Of a stretch of DNA of 64,000 nt, positions 17,786 to 26,421 are shown piece after piece. The notes beneath the pieces are model-generated. The model made no database searches and was not told the origin of the DNA. It was given only the letters and a program-made list of their open reading frames with translations. The number at the start of each line of letters is the position of its first letter. The first letter of the stretch is position 1. This stretch comes from a virus: IMG/VR virus record IMGVR_UViG_3300044784_000011; one strand, given 5' to 3'. The position numbers and the translations under genes were made by a program.

Positions 17786-18155
17786 GGTCAAGGCCCGGTT
17801 CTATGACGGCCCGGAGGAGCGGCAGAGCTTCACCTCGCACGTTCCCTTTCCGCTCCTCGTCCGCGTTCCCGTCACCACGCTCGACCCAGAGCAGGGAGCA
17901 ATCTACTCCTTCGATGACATACCGGTTCAGGATGTCTTGAAGGTCCAGCCGGTCAGGGTCCAAGACAAGTGGTACCGGCTCCGCGAGTACGGCGTCCATG
18001 CTCCTCTCCTGGAGCAACGCTATGCCCGTGTGTACGTCCGCGAAGGCGTGGACTGGGAGAGCAACCGGATCATCAGAGCGGTCGTGCGGGACTTTCGCTG
18101 GCCCACGGACGATGGGGTAGAAGTCCATGAGCCAAGGTCTATTGGTGCGACGTGA
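17769..18155 (+). CDS. Hypothetical protein
   Basis: ATG start overlapping the previous gene; codon bias. Confidence 0.6.
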   Translation: MMRDDKVKARFYDGPEERQSFTSHVPFPLLVRVPVTTLDPEQGAIYSFDDIPVQDVLKVQPVRVQDKWYRLREYGVHAPLLEQRYARVYVREGVDWESNRIIRAVVRDFRWPTDDGVEVHEPRSIGAT

Positions 18156-18444
18156 GTTTCACCAGGTACACGTTTACCCGGTACTTGGACTGGAGCCGGG
18201 AGATTGGCCTGCTCGACCCGAGTGGATCGACTTCCGTACTTGTGTCCCTACACAGTTCCCCGCCTACAACCCCTGCGGAGTTACACGAAAGCGGCTTGGA
18301 GAGCCACCGCGAGGCGGGAGTCCATTTCCATTCGTGCTCGTCCTCGGAGGGACTTGGTTCCTTGTTGACGGACACACTCGCGTGGCCCAGCGACTCCGAG
18401 AGGGCCGATATTGGGGATGGGCGAAGGTTCTCCGATGGAGATGA
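18127..18444 (+). CDS. Small ParB/Srx-like domain protein
   Basis: VPTQ ... PFVLVLGGTWFLVDGHTRVA resembles the ParB-N DGHHR motif; conflicts with the overlapping ORF 18152-18544. Confidence 0.5.
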   Translation: MSQGLLVRREFHQVHVYPVLGLEPGDWPARPEWIDFRTCVPTQFPAYNPCGVTRKRLGEPPRGGSPFPFVLVLGGTWFLVDGHTRVAQRLREGRYWGWAKVLRWR

Positions 18445-18536
18445 GCACGTACCCACGTGGGAGCGACCTCCTTGCGAGAGGCACTGCTCTTGCTGGCCGC
18501 AGTATCCCTGTTGCTATTGCGACGAGGAGGACGACG

Positions 18537-18791
18537 ATGGCTAGGGGCGAGCTACCCGACAACCCGGAGACTCCTCGCTGGGGTGCGTTCTCCTCCACAG
18601 TTGTCGATGTCGAGGAGACCGAGCAGCTGGAGGGTGTGGACTCTGCGAAGGTTGTCGAGGTCGAGTTCTACGGCCGTTGGTATCACAGGAGATACATGGT
18701 GGCCTCGGAGATGCGGCCGATCCGGGTACTCATCCCGGTAGCACAGTTGTCAGGGCTGATCCGTGGGTTAGAGCAGAGGGAGGAGTTTTGA
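18537..18791 (+). CDS. Hypothetical protein
   Basis: GAGGAGGA RBS before ATG 18537. Confidence 0.65.
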   Translation: MARGELPDNPETPRWGAFSSTVVDVEETEQLEGVDSAKVVEVEFYGRWYHRRYMVASEMRPIRVLIPVAQLSGLIRGLEQREEF

Positions 18792-18829
18792 GCGTTCAAC
18801 AGACCTGGTGGACCGAAGGAGGAGAGGGA

Positions 18830-19015
18830 ATGGACGACGAGACCCGGCCCATCCGCCCGGTGACGGTGGAGCCGCTAGACCCGATGGGGATCGGGCCGGT
18901 CAGCTGGCCGAAGGTTGTGCTGATTCTGGGGATCACGCTAATCCTCGTCATCGGGCTGGTGACGATCGTGGCGCTGATCTTCCTCCCGTCTGAGTTCTGG
19001 TTGGTGCAGTCGTGA
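18830..19015 (+). CDS. Small single-pass membrane protein
   Basis: GGAGGAG RBS; one long hydrophobic segment. Confidence 0.7.
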   Translation: MDDETRPIRPVTVEPLDPMGIGPVSWPKVVLILGITLILVIGLVTIVALIFLPSEFWLVQS

Positions 19016-19350
19016 GCGGCGGGAGCTACCCAGACCAGCCCGACGAGTTCCGCGCTCGCGACATAGACGACCGCATCGCTGTAGACCGGCCAGTCGGGAG
19101 CTACGCCGATGACCCGGACGGGATGCTGCCGCTCATCGAGCTACCCGATCAGGACTGGCGACCGCGAGACGTTGATGGAGCCTTCAAGGAGGCCATCATC
19201 TACGATGACTTAGCGCTGAACGACGAGGACCACAACCCAGAGCCGCTGGAGTGCCCGACTTGCCACACGCTCGTCGGTGAGTTCTACCCGGAGGACGAAG
19301 GCTCGACCCTCAAGTGCCCGAACTGTGAGGAGGAGGTTACTGTTGGCTAG
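19012..19350 (+). CDS. Acidic protein with C-terminal Zn ribbon
   Basis: CPTCH...CPNC. Confidence 0.7.
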   Translation: MSGGSYPDQPDEFRARDIDDRIAVDRPVGSYADDPDGMLPLIELPDQDWRPRDVDGAFKEAIIYDDLALNDEDHNPEPLECPTCHTLVGEFYPEDEGSTLKCPNCEEEVTVG

Positions 19351-19771
19351 ACGAGGATGGGCCGTGCTGGTTGCAGCTGCCATTCTCTGTGTCGCAGGGT
19401 GCGGCTTGGGGGAGTCGGCCGAGGAGGCGTTGCGGCGACCGGCTACGGTGGCAGGATGCTGGGGAGCCCCGGAGGAGTTCCGTAACGCCGACATCACCGC
19501 CATCACCCTCACAATCGGAGGCGCAGAGCGTCCCTCCGGCGACGAGACCATCCAGGGCACATTGAACTTCTATGCGACCGGGCAGAACTCAATGACGTTC
19601 TCCGGCGAGTACAAGCCGGCAACTGGCAAGGTCGCATTCGAGGGCGAGACCTTCGAGTTCAGCGGGCAGGCTACAGAGGCACAGATTTACGGCTTCTTGT
19701 ATCAGACCGACGACGGAACGCGGATCAACATCGCCTGGGAGAAGGAGGGGAAGGGATGCCAGGGCAGCTGA
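19343..19771 (+). CDS. Lipoprotein
   Basis: GAGGAGG RBS with TTG start; signal peptide ending in lipobox VAGC. Confidence 0.7.
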   Translation: MARRGWAVLVAAAILCVAGCGLGESAEEALRRPATVAGCWGAPEEFRNADITAITLTIGGAERPSGDETIQGTLNFYATGQNSMTFSGEYKPATGKVAFEGETFEFSGQATEAQIYGFLYQTDDGTRINIAWEKEGKGCQGS

Positions 19772-19959
19772 ACTGGACGACCAACCCCGGCAAGCTCATC
19801 TATGTTGGTGACGGCGGAGAGGAGACTCACCTACCGTTCAAGCGCATCTGCTTCATGCCGGGCCACGTCCTGTACGACTCGGCGGTGGACGGGATCGTTC
19901 GCGGCTACCGCAACGAAGATGTGGTGAAGATTGAGTTCGAGCCCAAGGAGTCGTCTTGA
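19756..19959 (+). CDS. Hypothetical protein
   Basis: Coupled ORF; codon bias. Confidence 0.6.
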   Translation: MPGQLNWTTNPGKLIYVGDGGEETHLPFKRICFMPGHVLYDSAVDGIVRGYRNEDVVKIEFEPKESS

Positions 19960-20117
19960 TCATTGTCGGAGCCCTGATCGGTGGTCTGGTCGTCGGTGCG
20001 ATGGTGGCGACCTACCTCCCGAAGTACCTTCGCTGGCGCCGTGGAGCGTGGGACCGCGAGCAAGTGGATATGCAGATGAAGTCCGATCCGATCCTGGGAG
20101 ATAAGCGTGCCGCCTAA
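19956..20117 (+). CDS. 53-aa membrane microprotein (absent from ORF track)
   Basis: TTGA overlap; MIIVGALIGGLVVGAMVATYL TM helix followed by basic residues. Confidence 0.6.
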   Translation: MIIVGALIGGLVVGAMVATYLPKYLRWRRGAWDREQVDMQMKSDPILGDKRAA

Positions 20118-20556
20118 GTCCAAGGAGAACCTGGGATTGACCGGTCAAGGTCGTATCCGGTATGTGCTCGCCTATGCTCCGCCGGGATGGGCGTTGTTCG
20201 AGCTTGAGGTTGACGAAGGGGTGTGGAAGGTCACAGAGTTCAACTCTGGCGAATTCAAGTTCGGTGACGATCACTTCCGGGCGATGGACGAGTTCATCGT
20301 GCTCTGCCTCCGGTTCCCTAACGCTCGCGTGTACTTCGAGGACGAGCTAGGCAACGAGCGCGACCAGTCCTGGCTGGAGTACGCGCTCCACCGCCTAGGC
20401 GACGAGCCCATCAAGATCGTGGGCGACCCGGCCCACACCGATGAGAAGCTGAAGCGTTGGGGCTATACAGATCGGGATGAGCGTGCCCGCGACGCGATCC
20501 GTGTAGGCATTGCCGGGATCGCAGCCTGGAAGGAGGAGGAGACAGGTGGCGGGTAG
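20107..20556 (+). CDS. RuvC-like resolvase paralog, apparently degenerate
   Basis: VLAYAPPGWALF / YFED / TDEKLKRWG / ARDAIRVG parallels the RuvC-like gene at 21603. Confidence 0.5.
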   Translation: MPPKSKENLGLTGQGRIRYVLAYAPPGWALFELEVDEGVWKVTEFNSGEFKFGDDHFRAMDEFIVLCLRFPNARVYFEDELGNERDQSWLEYALHRLGDEPIKIVGDPAHTDEKLKRWGYTDRDERARDAIRVGIAGIAAWKEEETGGG

Positions 20557-20839
20557 TCGCGAGGAGTATGGGCCGAAGAACGTCCGGGCCAGTTGGGTGG
20601 ACTCACTGCCGTTGCTGAGCGGCCGGGAGTTCGCTGAGACGCTGCGGGACCTTGACCTAGGGACGCTTAACGTGTTGGCGTCCCATGAGCCGGGCAAGTG
20701 CTCGTTCTGCGACGACGTACGGACGGAGGTTCAGGGGCGCAAGGAGGAAGGCGATGGTGCAGAGACTAATCTGGGTAGGGGTACGCGACAAGGGCGATCC
20801 GGAGGGCGTGTTGGCTTCCGGCCTGCTAGCGGTAAGTGA
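20546..20839 (+). CDS. Hypothetical protein
   Basis: GGAGGAGG RBS; HEPGKCSFC. Confidence 0.55.
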   Translation: MAGSREEYGPKNVRASWVDSLPLLSGREFAETLRDLDLGTLNVLASHEPGKCSFCDDVRTEVQGRKEEGDGAETNLGRGTRQGRSGGRVGFRPASGK

Positions 20840-20990
20840 CGCGGCCGAGCGCTGTACCGTCTGCGCGATCCTCGGCCGGCAATGCCGTGGGCCCCATACC
20901 CGAGGCCCGTTCCGGTTCTGTGATACCGATATCCAGTTGGTAATTGCTATTGAGAAGGAGGTTGCGCCCAGGACGTACCACAATGCTTGA
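20754..20990 (+). CDS. Small Cys-containing hypothetical protein
   Basis: AGGAGG RBS; CTVC..C..H..C. Confidence 0.5.
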   Translation: MVQRLIWVGVRDKGDPEGVLASGLLAVSDAAERCTVCAILGRQCRGPHTRGPFRFCDTDIQLVIAIEKEVAPRTYHNA

Positions 20991-21182
20991 GGGGGAAAGG
21001 GCGGTAGCTCCCGTTGACCGCTGACGATGGGATTCGAGACGAGATTGTCGAGCTAGTAATGGGGTTGCTAGACGAGGCAGCAATAGTCGCATCCTCGTTG
21101 GATACCTTCCGGCGACACGAGATATGCGGCCGACTAACCGAGGCCCACCTATTGCTATCCGGCGCAATCGAGAAGAGGAGCG

Positions 21183-21599
21183 ATGACGAAGAGCAAGGCG
21201 CGAGTCGTGTTGGTCAGCGGCTCGCGGGACTGGGGAGAGGACCGGCTCGACGTGGTGCGCAGAGAGTTGGCGCACTTCCCGGCCGGGACCTGGATCATTC
21301 ACGGCTACCAGCGGAAGAGGTTGGGTGACGGTTACTCCGGCGTCGATTGGCTCTCAGATACGGTCGCGCAAGAGCGCGGGTTCATACGCATCCTGGTTCC
21401 GTATGTTCGCACCCTTGGCGCCTCAGGAGGTCCTGTCCGAAACCGGGCGATGGTCGATATTGCTTGTGCGCTTATGAGCGTTGGTCACTCGCTGAATGTG
21501 ATCTTCTTCCACGACAACATTACAAGGAGCAGAGGGACGAAAGACTGCCTTGATGCGGCAGAGAGAATGGGGTTGATGTACGAGATAGTGGAGGAGTGA
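21183..21599 (+). CDS. YspA/SLOG-family (DUF2493-like) protein
   Basis: VLVSGSRDW, IIHG, GVD, GPVRNRAMVD, SRGTKDC. Confidence 0.8.
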   Translation: MTKSKARVVLVSGSRDWGEDRLDVVRRELAHFPAGTWIIHGYQRKRLGDGYSGVDWLSDTVAQERGFIRILVPYVRTLGASGGPVRNRAMVDIACALMSVGHSLNVIFFHDNITRSRGTKDCLDAAERMGLMYEIVEE

Positions 21600-21602
21600 C
21601 GA

Positions 21603-22211
21603 TTGAGGCTTGGAGTTGTCTGGTTCGATCCCGGTCCCGAGACAGGCTGGGCTGTCCTTGTCGTGGACGACTTCCGGGCGCACGACGACCCTGTGTTGAG
21701 TAGGGTCAGGCACTTTACCGCCGGGACATTCTACACCTATCCGAAGGGGTACCCACAGAAGCGGTACAGCACCGAGGAGTACGACCTCCTCATCAACGGC
21801 CAGATTGACGAGTGCGTCGAGTTGTGCAGACTATGGAATGAGGCTGCGTACGGCTCGGAGAACTTCGCGCTGGCGACCGACGTCAGGGGCGTGGAGGTCC
21901 TGGCGCCGGTCAGGGTCATGCAAGGGATTGACTACGCGCTTCACTCGGTCGGTATCGGCTTGGAGAAGCAGATGCCGGGTGAGCGGGAGACTGAGGAACG
22001 GTTGCGGCGCTGGGGGTTCGTTCTCCCGAAGCCGAAGGGCACGGACTATCAAGGCGTCGCGACGAGCCACGCGATCAGCGCCACCGGCCACGCTTTGAAG
22101 TTCTTGAAGAAGGCGGCGACCAACACGAAGGTCGCGGCTCGGGCATGGGGAGGCGAACGAGGCGACTGGGAGCCGCACATGCGGACCCTACCGAGAGGAG
22201 CGACACCGTGA
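21603..22211 (+). CDS. RuvC-like Holliday junction resolvase
   Basis: WFDPGPETGWA, SENF, TEERLRRWG, HAISATGHA. Confidence 0.7.
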   Translation: MRLGVVWFDPGPETGWAVLVVDDFRAHDDPVLSRVRHFTAGTFYTYPKGYPQKRYSTEEYDLLINGQIDECVELCRLWNEAAYGSENFALATDVRGVEVLAPVRVMQGIDYALHSVGIGLEKQMPGERETEERLRRWGFVLPKPKGTDYQGVATSHAISATGHALKFLKKAATNTKVAARAWGGERGDWEPHMRTLPRGATP

Positions 22212-22444
22212 CGGATGGACTATCGCCAGAGGAGCTGGACAAGGTCGGTAGTACAGCCGGGAAGCTCGTCCTGGGACGAGCGCTCGCTGATGTCATCTAT
22301 TCCGCTCAGGCGCGTCTCCCAACCGATGAGGTCGGCCGCAAGGTGGAGAAGTTCCTCGACGCTCTGGACAGGTACATCGACTGGCGCATGACCGGTTCGA
22401 TCTTGGAGGTGATCGGCAGGATGGAGGAAAAGACTCGTGAGTGA
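22208..22444 (+). CDS. Hypothetical protein
   Basis: GTGA overlap; GAGGAG RBS. Confidence 0.65.
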   Translation: MTDGLSPEELDKVGSTAGKLVLGRALADVIYSAQARLPTDEVGRKVEKFLDALDRYIDWRMTGSILEVIGRMEEKTRE

Positions 22445-22691
22445 TAGGAGAAGGCACGCCGACGCGCGAGCGAGACTGGCGGCGACTGCTCCGGCTCCGG
22501 TCGTGTACCTGACGACGCTCGACCGGGTAATGGCGGCGCTGCTTCACGCCAACAGGCGGAGAGGGTTGCTCGCCAAGGCATCGGACGTACGGGTACTGGC
22601 GGTGAGGGGCGAGGAGTTCGCCAATGTCGTTGGTATCTCGATCAACGAGGAGACCGGCGTGCTGGAGATTGTCGTGGACGAGTTCGCATGA
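22437..22691 (+). CDS. Hypothetical protein
   Basis: GGAGG RBS; coupled. Confidence 0.6.
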   Translation: MSDRRRHADARARLAATAPAPVVYLTTLDRVMAALLHANRRRGLLAKASDVRVLAVRGEEFANVVGISINEETGVLEIVVDEFA

Positions 22692-22885
22692 GATACCGGC
22701 TCAAAGCTATCGAGGTCAATACCGATATGGGGAGGACGGTAGCGAGCATCATCACCGCTACGGGCGAGCGCTTCGAGTTCCCGGTGCCGATCGACTCCTC
22801 GCTGGAGTTCGATTTTGGCGCTAACGGTGTGTTGCTGGAGACGGAGACGACTTCACTGAGCTTCTTGACGGAGGAGCGGGAATGA
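22688..22885 (+). CDS. Hypothetical protein
   Basis: ATGA overlap. Confidence 0.6.
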   Translation: MRYRLKAIEVNTDMGRTVASIITATGERFEFPVPIDSSLEFDFGANGVLLETETTSLSFLTEERE

Positions 22886-23085
22886 AGAGGGAGTTGTACG
22901 TCACCGCGGATGGTGCTATCTCGCTGTATCAGGACTCGGGTGAGAACGTGGAATTGAGGGTGCTATTTCCTGACCAGGCGCACAGGATGGTCGTTGGGTC
23001 AGGAACTTCAACCTATGTGGGCCGCGTATTGATGCCGGTAAAGGGTGGAGGCATCCCTCGAACAGCTGAGCGCGTTCGCCGTTAG
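22882..23085 (+). CDS. Hypothetical protein
   Basis: GGAGGAG RBS; ATGA overlap. Confidence 0.6.
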   Translation: MKRELYVTADGAISLYQDSGENVELRVLFPDQAHRMVVGSGTSTYVGRVLMPVKGGGIPRTAERVRR

Positions 23086-23122
23086 CACAGCTACGGTGCC
23101 TCGGTAGGCACGAGGTCGAGCG

Positions 23123-23182
23123 GGTAGAATCCGGCTCCGTCTTAGCTAGGAAATGACAACGGCCGGGTGGGAGGCCCGGCCG
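23123..23182 (+). promoter_or_regulatory. -10 box TAGAAT plus leader hairpin upstream of the primase-helicase
   Basis: TAGAAT 23125-23130; CGGCCGGG/CCCGGCCG stem 23160-23182. Confidence 0.4.
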
Positions 23183-23264
23183 ATGTCGCGTCTTGCGAGG
23201 AGCGTACCGTGATCAAGCCCGCCAATTCTAGCGCCTTTTCTTGGTGCCGTCCTAATGAGCGCTG

Positions 23265-25520
23265 ATGGCTAAATCTGCGATCGTTGAGATCCTTGAGGAA
23301 TACCCGTACGGAGCGAAAGACTCGGATGCGCTTCTGCGGAAGATTAAGGTGCGACGGGCTGACGGTACGGTCGAGAAGGTATGGCAGCGCTTTGATGAAG
23401 ATAAGGGTGACTGGATCAACGGCTACCGCTACAAAGGTGGCGGTAAGAACCGCGTAGAGACTGGGCTAGAGCCGGACTGGTTCACGGCTGAGCAGCTACG
23501 CGAGGCGGTAGCTCGACCTAGTGACGGGTTCCTCAACCCTCAGGCGGAACACATCTATGTCTTGGATGGCGAGAAGGATGTGTTGCGGGCGTGGAGAGAG
23601 GGTCGCGCTGCTACCTGTAGTCCTCACGGCATGGGTCACTTCCCGAAGGACCTGGCTGGGTTCCTCGTTGAGAGCGGCCGGGTGCTGGTGGTTGTGCCGG
23701 ATCAGGACGGCGGCGAGGGCGACAAGCAGGCGGCCAAAGCCAAGGCACGTATCGAGGAGGCAGGCGGCCGGGTAGTGCTGATGTACCCACGAGCCGGAGC
23801 GAAGGACCTAACCGACCACTTCGAGCAAGGCGGCTCCTGGGATACGCTGACGGAGGAGAAGCCGGGTCCTTCGGCCAGTCGTAGTTGGGTGGAGCGGTAT
23901 GTGGCTCGGGCGAAGGCTGACGGCCATCGCAATGAGGTCGGGTTCGACCTCGCCTGCCAACTCCGCGACCTCGGTATGTCGCGGGATGCGGTCGTGGATG
24001 CGATGACGGAGTACCAGGAGGCCGTGGAGCACGACGGTGACCCGCCATACGAGCACAGCGAGATGGTGGACACGGTCAACTCCGTCTTCGGTCGGGCGAA
24101 GCGGAACGCGCCGGGTACTCCTCCTGGTGGCGAGAAGGGTGCCGTGCATGTCGGAGGCGAGTTCCCTTGGTCGGACCTCGGCAACGGGCGGAGATTGGTG
24201 CAGGCCCACGGAGAACGGCTCCGGTACGTCCATGCTTGGAAGCGTTGGCTAGTGTGGGACGGGACACGGTGGATCATCTCGGAAGGCGACGAGGTCATCC
24301 GTCTCATGAACGACGTTCTGGAGGGCATGGCGCTGGAGGCGGCCGGGATTACCGACGAGGAGCGACGCGAGCAGTTCCGGAAGTTCGTCACGCGCTCGCA
24401 AGGGATCAATGCCCGTCGAAACGCGCTCGCGTCAGCGTCGGTGGAGGAGGGTGTACCGGTCCTCCTCGATGAACTGGACGCTGATCCGTGGCTGCTCAAC
24501 GTTCGCAACGGGACGTTGGACCTCCGGACAGGCGAGCTACTGGCGCACGATCCTAAGCGGCTCATCACGAAGCTGGCGCCGGTTGAGTGGGACCCCAAGG
24601 CGAAGTGCCCGACCTTCGGTGCGTTTATTAAGCGAGCCTTTGCCGACGACGAGGAGATGCTTGCCTGGCTCAATCAGATCGTCGGCTATTCGCTGACCGG
24701 ATCGGTACAGGAGAAGGCGTACTTCACATTGCTGGGTCAGACGGACGCTGGTAAGACCGTCTTCGTCAAGACAATGCAGAGGCTGCTCGGCTCGGACTAC
24801 GCTCAGCAGCTGGAGAGTAGTGAGTTGATGATGAGGAGGCTTGGGGGAGGCGGCCACAATGAGGGCATTGCTGATCTCAAGGGGAAGCGGTTCGCCTCGA
24901 TTAGCGAACCAGCAACCGGCGCGAAACTCGACGTGGCTGCGATCAAGCACATAACCGGAGGCGGCCGGGTCCGGGCTAGCCGTAAGCACGAGCACGCATT
25001 CGAGTTCCAGCCAGAGGCGAAAATCTTCATTGATACGAACCATGATGTTGGGATTAGCGACACAGATGATTCGATCTGGAATCGTACTACCGTTGTCGAG
25101 TTCAACGTGCAGATACCTCTAGAAGAGCAGGACCAAGACCTAGAGACGAAGCTTGCTATGGAGTTGGCTGGGATATTGCGCTGGGCCGTCGCCGGTTGCT
25201 TGGCATGGCAGAGGGCTGGTAAGCTGTCCAAGCCTGCTAAGGCGGTTGAGGCTGAGGCTCGGTATCGCGAAGACCAGGACCCGTTGGGTGACTTCTTTGA
25301 TGAGTGCTGCGTGTTTGGTCCAGACCGCGAGGAGTACGGAAAGACGCTCCGAACTCGGTATGTTGATTGGTGCGAGGAGAACAAGATCAGGTTCATTCTC
25401 TCGGATCAGGCTTGGCACGCTGCACTCAAGGCTCGTGGCTGCGTTCGGATTCGGCGAAGGATTGTTGATGGTAAGCAGACGAAAGTGTGGACCGGAGTTG
25501 GTCTAAATGTCAACGGATAA
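23265..25520 (+). CDS. P4-family primase-helicase (TOPRIM + PriCT + D5_N + SF3 helicase)
   Basis: IYVLDGEKDV...VPDQDG..G (TOPRIM), AKDLTDH; WSDLGNGRR, LNVRNGTLDLRTG (D5_N); LGQTDAGKT Walker A, KHITGG, DTNH, IWNR. Confidence 0.9.
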   Translation: MAKSAIVEILEEYPYGAKDSDALLRKIKVRRADGTVEKVWQRFDEDKGDWINGYRYKGGGKNRVETGLEPDWFTAEQLREAVARPSDGFLNPQAEHIYVLDGEKDVLRAWREGRAATCSPHGMGHFPKDLAGFLVESGRVLVVVPDQDGGEGDKQAAKAKARIEEAGGRVVLMYPRAGAKDLTDHFEQGGSWDTLTEEKPGPSASRSWVERYVARAKADGHRNEVGFDLACQLRDLGMSRDAVVDAMTEYQEAVEHDGDPPYEHSEMVDTVNSVFGRAKRNAPGTPPGGEKGAVHVGGEFPWSDLGNGRRLVQAHGERLRYVHAWKRWLVWDGTRWIISEGDEVIRLMNDVLEGMALEAAGITDEERREQFRKFVTRSQGINARRNALASASVEEGVPVLLDELDADPWLLNVRNGTLDLRTGELLAHDPKRLITKLAPVEWDPKAKCPTFGAFIKRAFADDEEMLAWLNQIVGYSLTGSVQEKAYFTLLGQTDAGKTVFVKTMQRLLGSDYAQQLESSELMMRRLGGGGHNEGIADLKGKRFASISEPATGAKLDVAAIKHITGGGRVRASRKHEHAFEFQPEAKIFIDTNHDVGISDTDDSIWNRTTVVEFNVQIPLEEQDQDLETKLAMELAGILRWAVAGCLAWQRAGKLSKPAKAVEAEARYREDQDPLGDFFDECCVFGPDREEYGKTLRTRYVDWCEENKIRFILSDQAWHAALKARGCVRIRRRIVDGKQTKVWTGVGLNVNG

Positions 25521-25524
25521 TCTG

Positions 25525-25776
25525 GGCCGAGACCACCGGCCGAGACCACCGGCTAGTTGCCATCTACCTGTGACGATGGTGCTGCGAGTACCGCGTACCA
25601 CCGGCGTCCGAATGAGCGTCTTAGGAAGCCTCGCGCGCTATCGCGCGATAAGGCGTAGCGTACGAGCTTCTTTCGTTATTAGGTGGTACTCGGTGGTACT
25701 CGGTGGTACTATTCCCAGGTAAATGCGTGTGCAGATTGGTAAGCCGTCGGTGGTCTCGGTGGTCCTAGGTGGTCTC
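25525..25776. repeat. Convergent iteron-like repeats around a palindrome (candidate replication origin)
   Basis: GGCCGAGACCACC x2 (25525-25550); GGTGGTACT x3 at 10-nt period (25682-25710); GGTGGTC(T/C)(C/T) x3 (25749-25776); TCGCGCG-CTAT-CGCGCGA 25631-25648. Confidence 0.6.
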
Positions 25777-25784
25777 GGGAGGGA

Positions 25785-25979
25785 TTGTGTACACTCCAAG
25801 ACGCAGTAGCGATGGCAAGGTCGTTTGCGAAGTTTGTGGAGGTCGGCCGAGATTTGGATGGGCGTACGGTTCGGACCCATTCAGAAGATTACTTGTGGGA
25901 AGAAAAGGTGCGTGCCTTCGATTCCCTGGATTTGGGGCGTTCGGTTCATCTAGCCAAAGCGGTAAACTCTCGGCTATGA
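25785..25979 (+). CDS. Hypothetical protein
   Basis: ATGA-coupled to the next ORF. Confidence 0.45.
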   Translation: MCTLQDAVAMARSFAKFVEVGRDLDGRTVRTHSEDYLWEEKVRAFDSLDLGRSVHLAKAVNSRL

Positions 25980-26170
25980 GCGTTGATGGGTTGTTCTCTG
26001 GGCAGGACCCGCAGGGGAAGAATGCGGGCGAGTTCTCTGGCGTGGACGGGATCATCCAACCTGCGCCACATGATCCGTTTGGAGATGCGAGCGAATCGAA
26101 TATGCTTCTCATGGCGCAGGATCGTGATGACATTGCCGAGCAGATCGAGGCGTTGAAGCCGAGACAATGA
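25976..26170 (+). CDS. Hypothetical protein
   Basis: ATGA overlaps at both ends (3' part of track ORF 25769). Confidence 0.5.
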   Translation: MSVDGLFSGQDPQGKNAGEFSGVDGIIQPAPHDPFGDASESNMLLMAQDRDDIAEQIEALKPRQ

Positions 26171-26403
26171 GCATCAGAGGTTTGGCGGAGCATGTTGCGG
26201 GTTTCTACGGGGACTCGGCTCCGGAGATGGTGGATGAGGTTGAGTCGATCATCAGGCGGGCACTAGGACCAGAAGGAGACCAGGACGTGGCTACACCGAA
26301 GCCAGGCGGGAAGCGCGACAAGCGGCTCAAGGCGAACAGGCCTGCGAGCGGAGCGGGCTCACAGGGCGGCCGGGTGCCTCGTCGTCGTCCGCGCAAGAAG
26401 TGA
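26167..26403 (+). CDS. Hypothetical protein with basic tail
   Basis: Coupled; ends RVPRRRPRKK. Confidence 0.55.
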   Translation: MSIRGLAEHVAGFYGDSAPEMVDEVESIIRRALGPEGDQDVATPKPGGKRDKRLKANRPASGAGSQGGRVPRRRPRKK

Positions 26404-26421
26404 TTTCTTCGTAGGGTTGAA

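Noticed and set aside
21014-21328. ORF upstream of the SLOG gene as a full 104-aa gene
   Set aside because: It overlaps the SLOG gene by about 146 nt and its 3' half looks like shadow sequence; only the 5' half could be real, and support was too weak.
25682-25776. Short GGTGGT repeats as a CRISPR array
   Set aside because: Units are 9-13 nt and abut without unique spacers.
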